Shown here: in pieces, positions 58,017-64,000 of the stretch
Layout: every line of letters starts with the position of its first letter
How positions within the stretch are numbered: the stretch's first letter is position 1
Assembly: GCA_001874335.1 (NCBI GenBank)
Contig: MPDE01000012.1
Span: 25,263 to 89,262, forward strand
Source: Bacteroidetes bacterium MedPE-SWsnd-G2
GTDB taxonomy: Bacteria > Bacteroidota > Bacteroidia > Flavobacteriales > Flavobacteriaceae
Direction: 5' to 3'
Length of the DNA stretch: 64,000 bases
Program-made: the position numbers and the translations under genes
Notes under the pieces: generated by a model
Database searches by the model: none
Seen by the model: the letters and a program-made list of their open reading frames with translations, nothing else
Told to the model about the DNA's origin: nothing

Positions 58017-59114
58017 TTAAAACTCAAATTTTAGTTGGGCACTCACAGTTTTCTTTTCTGTTTTGAGTTTTGATTGAGTGTTGAGGTTAGAAATAGATAC
58101 GCCTAATAATCGAACCGAAGTGTCTAATTTTTCCTGATATAGTAAGTCTTTTGCAATATCAAATATTAAGTCCTTGTCGTTTAAAAAATAAGGCACAGTT
58201 TTGCTTCTGGTTTGTTGAGAAAAGTCACTATACTTAATTTTAAGGGTAACCGTTTTACCTGAAACTTTAGAGCGTTGTAGTCGTTTTGATACCTCGGCAG
58301 AAATCTGTTCTATTTTTTCTACCATAAATATTTCGCTGGTTAAGTTTTTAGAAAATGTACGTTCCGCTGCCAGCGATTTTCTAATTCTATTTGGGCTTAC
58401 AGGGCTATTGTGCTGTCCTCTCACAATGTGATAATAATAACTACCAGATTTGCCAAATGTATTTTGAAGGAAGTCGAGAGATTTAAGCTTTAAGTCTTTG
58501 CCAGTGAATATGCCTAATTGGTACATTTTTTCGGCAGTCACCTTGCCTACGCCATGATACTTTTTAATATCCAATTGTTCTAAAAAAGACAATACCTCCT
58601 CAGGCGGCACAGTTTTTTGACCGTTTGGCTTGTTATAATCAGAAGCAACTTTAGCCACAAATTTATTTACCGATATTCCAGCAGAAGCAGTGAGACCCAA
58701 GGTTTCAAAAATTCGAGTTCTAATGTCTTTTGCAATAAGGGAAGCACTTGGATTTCCCTTTTTATTAAGTGTAACATCAATATAAGCTTCATCCAATGAT
58801 AGTGGTTCAACCAAATCGGAATAGTCTAAAAAGATGGCTCTAATTTTTTTTGAAATCTCATGATATCTTTCAAATCGGGGTTTTACAAATATAAGATCTG
58901 GGCACAAGCGTTTTGCTAACATTCCCGAAATAGCACTGCGCACCCCAAATTTTCGAGCTTCATAACTGGCAGCGCTAACCACACCTCTTTTCTCACTACC
59001 ACCAACAGCAATTGGTTTTCCTCTCAATTCTGGGAAATCATTCTGTTCTACAGAAGCGTAAAATGCATCCATATCAACATGAATAATTTTTCGTACTGTT
59101 TTATCGTTTTCCAT
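58017..59114 (-). CDS. dinB: DNA polymerase IV
   Basis: IIHVDMDAFYASVEQ and SLDEAYIDVT motifs. Confidence 0.94.
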   Translation of the reverse strand: MENDKTVRKIIHVDMDAFYASVEQNDFPELRGKPIAVGGSEKRGVVSAASYEARKFGVRSAISGMLAKRLCPDLIFVKPRFERYHEISKKIRAIFLDYSDLVEPLSLDEAYIDVTLNKKGNPSASLIAKDIRTRIFETLGLTASAGISVNKFVAKVASDYNKPNGQKTVPPEEVLSFLEQLDIKKYHGVGKVTAEKMYQLGIFTGKDLKLKSLDFLQNTFGKSGSYYYHIVRGQHNSPVSPNRIRKSLAAERTFSKNLTSEIFMVEKIEQISAEVSKRLQRSKVSGKTVTLKIKYSDFSQQTRSKTVPYFLNDKDLIFDIAKDLLYQEKLDTSVRLLGVSISNLNTQSKLKTEKKTVSAQLKFEF

Positions 59115-59187
59115 GTATTGAAAGAAGAATGTTGAAGAAAATATGAAGTATAAAAATATAATATCTTTACGACTTGAATAGGTAGAT

Positions 59188-59850
59188 ATGGGGAAAACAG
59201 CAATTATTTTGGGAGCTACAGGTTTGACTGGCGGTTTACTGTTAAGTCGGCTTTTAGAAGATATCGAATATTCTAAGGTGAAGGTTTTTGGAAGGCGTAG
59301 TTGTGGTATTAAGCATTTTAAAATTGAGGAGTATATAATTGATCTATTAGAGTTAAAAAAGTATAAACAAGAATTTACAGCAGATGTTGTATTCTGTTGT
59401 ATTGGAACTACAAAAGCAAAAAGTAGTGATAAAGAGGTTTATCGGGCGATTGATTATGGAATTCCGGTGAATGCTGCCAAATTATGCCAGCTAAATGTGA
59501 TTAGAAAGTTTATTGTGATTAGTGCCATTGGTGCCGATCCCAATAGCAAGGTTTTTTATAACAGATTAAAAGGGGAAATGGAGCAAGCAATCCTTAAATT
59601 TAAAATTCCTCAAACATATATTTTACAGCCTTCTTTGATTGTTGGACCAAGAGATGAGCAGCGATTAGGTGAGCGTATGGCTAAATATGTTTTAAAAGCA
59701 CTTCAGCCTATTTTAAAAGGGCCATTAAGTAATTACCAATCTATTTCAGCTAAATCTATTTCATCTTGTATGGTGTATTTGGCTAAATATGGATGTGATA
59801 CGGTGAAAATAACGTCTCAGAATATTAAAATTATAGCAAAATCTTTATGA
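59188..59850 (+). CDS. NAD(P)H-binding (atypical SDR/epimerase-like) protein
   Basis: N-terminal ILGATGLTGG Rossmann motif and a length of ~220 aa. Confidence 0.8.
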   Translation: MGKTAIILGATGLTGGLLLSRLLEDIEYSKVKVFGRRSCGIKHFKIEEYIIDLLELKKYKQEFTADVVFCCIGTTKAKSSDKEVYRAIDYGIPVNAAKLCQLNVIRKFIVISAIGADPNSKVFYNRLKGEMEQAILKFKIPQTYILQPSLIVGPRDEQRLGERMAKYVLKALQPILKGPLSNYQSISAKSISSCMVYLAKYGCDTVKITSQNIKIIAKSL

Positions 59851-60317
59851 TTGAAATTGAACGAAAATTTCTTGTAAACTCTTTGGCATTTAAAGCTGAA
59901 TCTCATAGGAATTTTAGAATTACTCAAGGGTTTTTAAACACCCATAAAGAAAGAACGGTTAGAGTGCGTGTTAAGGGTGATAAAGGCTATCTAACCATTA
60001 AAGGCGTATCTTCAGAAAACGGGCTTTCAAGATTTGAATGGGAAAAGGAAATACATATAAACGAGGCCGAAGCCTTATTAAAAATGGTTGAGCCAGGGAT
60101 GATTTCTAAGTGTAGGTTTGAAGTTAGCTATAAAGGTTTTTTGTTTGAGGTTGATGAGTTTTATGAGGATAACTCAGGACTTATTATTGCGGAAGTCGAA
60201 TTGACAAGTGAAACGGTAGAATTTCAAAAGCCAGAATGGTTAGGTGAAGAGGTTACCGGAGATAAAAGGTATTATAATTCACAATTAAGTTTAAACCCAT
60301 ATAAAAATTGGAAATAA
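59847..60317 (+). CDS. CYTH-domain (triphosphate tunnel metalloenzyme) protein
   Basis: MIEIERKFLV carries the ExExK signature, with alternating acidic and basic beta-strands (EVELTSE). The ATGA overlaps the upstream stop. Confidence 0.88.
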   Translation: MIEIERKFLVNSLAFKAESHRNFRITQGFLNTHKERTVRVRVKGDKGYLTIKGVSSENGLSRFEWEKEIHINEAEALLKMVEPGMISKCRFEVSYKGFLFEVDEFYEDNSGLIIAEVELTSETVEFQKPEWLGEEVTGDKRYYNSQLSLNPYKNWK

Positions 60318-60811
60318 TGAAAGTAATAGGTAAATGTTTAATAGTTCTACTTTTTGTAGTAAGCTGTAAAAAAAAGGTAATGGAAGTTGAGCGGTCAGAA
60401 GTCATAGAGAAAGAGCCTATAATCTCTATTAAATCCCAAAAGGAGAAACTTATAAAAGATGGGTTTAAGGTGTTTGATTATGTGGATGAAAAAACTAAAG
60501 ACACGGTAATAATGCAGCAATATTTTATGGTGTTTTTGAAAAAAGGGGAAAATAGATCGCAAGCAGAAGAAGAGGCCAAGCGTTTACAAAATTTACATTT
60601 AATGCATTTAGAGAAAATGTATGATTTAGGTTATGCTGATCTATCCGGGCCTATGGGTGACGATGGAGAATTAAGGGGGGTTACCATTTATAATACCCCT
60701 AATTTAGAAATGGCAGATAGTTTGGCTAATTCAGACCCGATGGTTAAAGCAGGAAGATTAAAAATAGAAATACATCCTTGGTGGGCCGCAAAAGGTTACG
60801 GATTGAGATAA
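60317..60811 (+). CDS. Lipoprotein with a C-terminal YciI-like domain
   Basis: Lipobox FVVSCKKK. The C-terminal half (YFMVFLKKGENR...DLSGPMGDDGELRGVTIY...DPMVKAGRLKIEIHPWW) resembles the YciI family. The ATG overlaps the CYTH stop by 1 nt (TAATG). Confidence 0.65.
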   Translation: MKVIGKCLIVLLFVVSCKKKVMEVERSEVIEKEPIISIKSQKEKLIKDGFKVFDYVDEKTKDTVIMQQYFMVFLKKGENRSQAEEEAKRLQNLHLMHLEKMYDLGYADLSGPMGDDGELRGVTIYNTPNLEMADSLANSDPMVKAGRLKIEIHPWWAAKGYGLR

Positions 60812-60842
60812 AAAAAAGCCGCTATTATTAGCGGCTCTTTTG
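60810..60842. terminator. Bidirectional intrinsic terminator
   Basis: Hairpin agccgct-attatt-agcggct with A8 upstream and cttttg downstream. Confidence 0.75.
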
Positions 60843-60858
60843 TTATTGTAAAAGTCTG

Positions 60859-61365
60859 TTAGGCTTCTTTTTTCTCAGCGCAACACTCTTTTTTGCAGTC
60901 TTCTTTGCAAGCCATTTTCTCAGCTTCAGTTTTGTCTTTACAACACGCTTTTTCACAATTGCCTTTACAAGCTTTAGTTGTAGAAAAATCTTCTACTTTA
61001 GCCATGTTGCTAACAACATACATTTTAGAAACTTTAGTTACCGTTTCTTCTAATGATGTGGTTGTAACTTTTGCTTCATCGAACTCTACCATTGCTAATT
61101 TTTTACCAAAATCTACTTTAGCAGATTTTACGCCATCCATTTTAGCAATCTTTTTTTCAATAGTCTTAGCGCAACCAACTTCGCAAGTCATTCCGTCAAT
61201 ATTAAATTGAGCTTTCGCTAAAACGGCATTTTCATTTACTTCTGTTGAGATTTCCTTTGTAGTTTCCATTGCTACAGTTTTTACTTCTGGAGCAGTTTCG
61301 TTTTTACACGATACTAATGCTACAGAAAAAATAGCAATTGCAAATAAGGATTTAAGTGTTTTCAT
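60859..61365 (-). CDS. Heavy-metal-associated (HMA) domain lipoprotein with a Cys-rich C-terminal tail
   Basis: I prefer the ATG at 61365 (MKTLKSLFAIAIFSVALVSCKNE lipobox). HMA motif GMTCEVGCAKTIEKKI. The tail is CKGNCEKACC...CKEDCKKECC. Confidence 0.8.
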   Translation of the reverse strand: MKTLKSLFAIAIFSVALVSCKNETAPEVKTVAMETTKEISTEVNENAVLAKAQFNIDGMTCEVGCAKTIEKKIAKMDGVKSAKVDFGKKLAMVEFDEAKVTTTSLEETVTKVSKMYVVSNMAKVEDFSTTKACKGNCEKACCKDKTEAEKMACKEDCKKECCAEKKEA

Positions 61366-61463
61366 GTCTATTAGGTATTGAATTTGAAGCAAATCTAATA
61401 AATATTGCTGTTTTATGATTTAAAATTAACAATTTTGTGATTTCTTAAAAACTTGGTTTGAAA

Positions 61464-62336
61464 ATGAAGAATTCTAAATGGGTTTACTTAGTGCTACTGG
61501 CTTTAATTTGGGGAAGCTCTTTTATATTAATAAAAAAGGCATTGTTGGGATTGTCGCCAATTCAACTTGGGGCGTTAAGGACTGTAATGACGGCAATCTT
61601 TTTGTTTGTTGTAGGGTTTAACCAAATAAAAGGCATCCCAAAAAGGAAATGGAAATGGGTAGCAATATCTGGCTTTTTAGGCTCCTTCTTTCCTGCGTTT
61701 CTGTTTGCTATTGCCGAAACGGAGATTGATAGTGCAATCGTTTCTGTATTAAATTCGTTAACGCCATTAAATACTATGCTCCTTGGTGCCTCCGTCTTTA
61801 AGATCGCTTCAACCAGAAGACAGGTAATAGGAGTTGTTGTTGGATTTATAGGCACCTCTTTGTTGATATTTGAGGGTGCTCAGCTTAATCCAGGTCAAAA
61901 TTATTTATACGCAGGTTTTGTTGTATTGTCAACAGTGATGTATGCTTTTAACGTGAATATTATAAAAAAGTATCTTCAAAATGTAAAGCCATTGGCTATT
62001 GCTACTGGTAATTATGTGGTGATTGTAATTCCCGCAATTTTGGTTTTAATCGGCGCAGATTTTTTTAGCATTTCTACCTTTGAAAATCCTAACTTTATAA
62101 TGTCTATGGTGTATGTCTCTACCTTAGCTTTATTTGGTACCGCTATGGCAAAAGTTGTTTTCAACACATTGGTACAGATTTCTACTCCTGTATTTGCATC
62201 TTCAGTAACTTTTGTAATTCCTATAGTGGCTTTGATATGGGGCGTGTTAGATGGAGAAGGATTTAGTGTGCTTCAAGGCTTAGCCTCGGCAATAATTTTA
62301 TTAGGAGTTTATTTGGCACAGCGTCGAGTGAAATAA
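61464..62336 (+). CDS. DMT superfamily (EamA-like) transporter
   Basis: 10-TM profile with two EamA-like halves. I prefer the ATG at 61464 over the TTG at 61458. Confidence 0.87.
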   Translation: MKNSKWVYLVLLALIWGSSFILIKKALLGLSPIQLGALRTVMTAIFLFVVGFNQIKGIPKRKWKWVAISGFLGSFFPAFLFAIAETEIDSAIVSVLNSLTPLNTMLLGASVFKIASTRRQVIGVVVGFIGTSLLIFEGAQLNPGQNYLYAGFVVLSTVMYAFNVNIIKKYLQNVKPLAIATGNYVVIVIPAILVLIGADFFSISTFENPNFIMSMVYVSTLALFGTAMAKVVFNTLVQISTPVFASSVTFVIPIVALIWGVLDGEGFSVLQGLASAIILLGVYLAQRRVK

Positions 62337-62369
62337 AAAAAATCCGAGGTTTCCCTCGGATTTTTTTTA
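62334..62369. terminator. Bidirectional intrinsic terminator
   Basis: Hairpin aatccgagg-tttc-cctcggatt flanked by A8 and T8. Confidence 0.8.
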
Positions 62370-62387
62370 TGGTATGTGAATTTGATA

Positions 62388-64000
62388 TTATTTAAAATCC
62401 ATATCAGATACACCTTCATTAACTTTAACTTCTTTTACTTTAAAATCAAAACGTCTTGGACCAGCTGTTTGACCTAATGCAAATGGAAATTTAATTCCAG
62501 CCACTTCTTTGTAGTCAGAAAAGAACATGGATTGCGAACCAGCGTCTCCAGCTTCAACTTGCTTAATTTTTAATCCAGTTTTTACACTGTAGTAAATAGA
62601 CTTGTTTTCACCAATATTGATTTTATATGCGTTTTCACCTTCAATCTTTTCAATTTTCTCTAAGGTAGCTCCACCATTTAAAAAGTTTACTTCTGGGAAT
62701 GGAGAAGATTCGGTCTTAGCGTCATTCAATTCTTCTTCAGTCATATCTTTTCTTTGTCCTTGCATTTCCATGTAGCCACCATCTACACCAACAACAGCTT
62801 TCATAAATGTTTGACCCATTGCAGATACTTGAGAGAAAGATTGGTTTTTAGAAGTTTTTTTAAGCTCTAAACTCATCATAACTCCTGGTTGTAATTCAGC
62901 TTCAGCTTGAATAAATACAGATTGTACTTTGTCTAATGCGTCTTTACCACCAATAGCGTTGATATAAGCTAAAAGTACTTTTTCGGCAGAAGCATCAGCT
63001 GGTAATGGGATTTCATAAACAGGTTTTTTCGTTTGTGAAGCATAGGCGTCATAATATTTTACAGGAATACCTGTAGCTTCAAGAGGCTCAGCGATATCAC
63101 TTCCCTTACCTACAACTACAATTCTTGAATTTTCTGAACTGAAGTATTTGTTAGCAACTCTTGTAACGTCTTCTGTAGAAACAGCATTAATCTTTTCAAG
63201 GTAAGTACTGTAAAAATCTTCAGGAAGATTATTGATTTTGGTGTTTAAAGCATAACGCGCAATAGTTTGTGGACGCTCTAATGCAAGAACAAAATCACCA
63301 ACGTATTTAGCTTTTGCGTTTTTAAGGTCATCTGCATCTACTGCTTCAGTTTTAATTCTGTTTATCTCTTTTAAAGTTTGAACAACAGCTGAATCTGTTA
63401 CCATGTTTCTCACTTGAGCACCGGCAGTAAATCGAGCAACATATTTGTCCGTACCTACGCTTGAACGCGCTCCGTAAGTCCATCCGTGTTCTTCTCTCAA
63501 GTTCATGTTTAAGTAACTGTTAAATCCACCACCTAAAATTTTGTTTGCGATTAATACAGAATGATAATCTTCGTCATTCATTTTTAAGTTAACATTACTA
63601 GTAAGTGAGATATTTGATTGTACAGCGTTAGGCATGTCAATGATGTCTATTTCTGTAGTTGAAACGTTTGCAGTTGCAACCGGAATCTCTGCTGGTAAAG
63701 CATCTGATTTTTCCCAAGCTGAAAATTTCTTTTTAACCAGCTTTTTAATGGTTTTAAACTCTACATCACCAACAATTACAAGGTATGCATTGTTTGGTTT
63801 GAAATAGGTGTTGTAAAATGAAACAACATCTTCAAATTTCACATTGTTTAGTGTTTCTTCAGTTACAAATTCACCGTAAGCGTGATCTTTTCCGTAAGCT
63901 AATGCACGACCCACTCTTCTTGATACTGCATCTACACTTTTTGCGTCAGACTTGATACCTTCTAAAGCTTTTACTTTTTCTTTTTCAAATTCTTCAGCTG
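62388..64000 (-). CDS. M16 (insulinase/pitrilysin) family peptidase, partial (N-terminus beyond the window end)
   Basis: The reading frame stays open past the first in-window Met (63914) to position 64000. The sequence is M16 C-terminal-domain-like (FYNTYFKPNNAYLVIVGDV), followed by an extra ~190-aa beta-rich C-terminal region. Confidence 0.85.
   Translation of the reverse strand, partial: AEEFEKEKVKALEGIKSDAKSVDAVSRRVGRALAYGKDHAYGEFVTEETLNNVKFEDVVSFYNTYFKPNNAYLVIVGDVEFKTIKKLVKKKFSAWEKSDALPAEIPVATANVSTTEIDIIDMPNAVQSNISLTSNVNLKMNDEDYHSVLIANKILGGGFNSYLNMNLREEHGWTYGARSSVGTDKYVARFTAGAQVRNMVTDSAVVQTLKEINRIKTEAVDADDLKNAKAKYVGDFVLALERPQTIARYALNTKINNLPEDFYSTYLEKINAVSTEDVTRVANKYFSSENSRIVVVGKGSDIAEPLEATGIPVKYYDAYASQTKKPVYEIPLPADASAEKVLLAYINAIGGKDALDKVQSVFIQAEAELQPGVMMSLELKKTSKNQSFSQVSAMGQTFMKAVVGVDGGYMEMQGQRKDMTEEELNDAKTESSPFPEVNFLNGGATLEKIEKIEGENAYKINIGENKSIYYSVKTGLKIKQVEAGDAGSQSMFFSDYKEVAGIKFPFALGQTAGPRRFDFKVKEVKVNEGVSDMDFK

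Noticed and set aside
60893-61210. 105-aa plus-strand ORF opposite the HMA lipoprotein gene
   Set aside because: It is an antisense shadow ORF. The minus-strand frame carries a lipobox, an HMA motif and a Cys-rich tail.
1-64000. Remaining short track ORFs nested in or antisense to larger genes: 391-573, 3037-3231, 8423-8629, 9947-10255, 14073-14282, 16482-16673, 18684-18884, 22216-22452, 22869-23153, 23322-23528, 24505-24768, 26433-26675, 26755-26952, 28130-28381, 32202-32426, 33498-33704, 34996-35187, 36572-36823, 37826-38023, 41360-41572, 41643-41846, 43020-43208, 44295-44507, 46771-47025, 49627-49815, 54066-54311, 58617-58799, 61562-61855
   Set aside because: Each overlaps a longer ORF that has recognisable family motifs. 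Their compositions are low-complexity or typical of off-frame translation in AT-rich DNA. None has a signal, motif or promoter context that argues for expression.

Overview
This window looks like a chromosomal segment of a low-GC Flavobacteriia (Bacteroidota) genome. The evidence is two proteins with T9SS type-A C-terminal sorting domains, TAnnTTTG -7 promoter boxes close to many start codons, an IPExxxVDY-family gene upstream of pyk, and tight gene packing with many stop/start overlaps. I count about 60 protein genes, mostly core housekeeping. They include ribE, pdxA, yceD-rpmF-fabH-accB-accC, asd, mscL, alr, tdk, rsmI, recJ, lpxH, queD, kbl, a superoxide dismutase, purF, purN, rnhA, acpP-fabF-rnc, pyk and dinB. 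There is one tRNA-Ala(GGC). Both window edges cut genes that the ORF track omits or truncates: a TPR protein at 1-1345 (-) and an M16 peptidase at 62388-64000 (-). I saw no rRNA, CRISPR array, transposase, integrase, prophage, or recognisable defence or toxin-antitoxin module. All calls come from reading motifs by eye; no homology search was run. I did not find a clear-cut new multi-gene system. The observations I rate most worth follow-up are these. (1) A duplicated ~72-nt stem-loop-plus-terminator element with conserved upstream sequence lies in the sodA/purF convergent spacer and is a candidate sRNA pair. (2) A 69-aa protein consists only of a signal peptide, a poly-Pro tract and a PID-motif/TM/basic tail. 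(3) A two-gene operon encodes a T9SS-secreted FG-GAP/ASPIC protein and a lipoprotein with two CxxCH motifs. (4) A translationally coupled trio encodes an NAD(P)-binding protein, a CYTH protein and a YciI-like lipoprotein. (5) An AddA/AddB-like helicase-nuclease pair is split by ompA-like and kbl genes, and its AddB-like partner lacks an Fe-S cysteine cluster. (6) A tandem outer-membrane barrel gene duplication has diverged mostly at synonymous sites.
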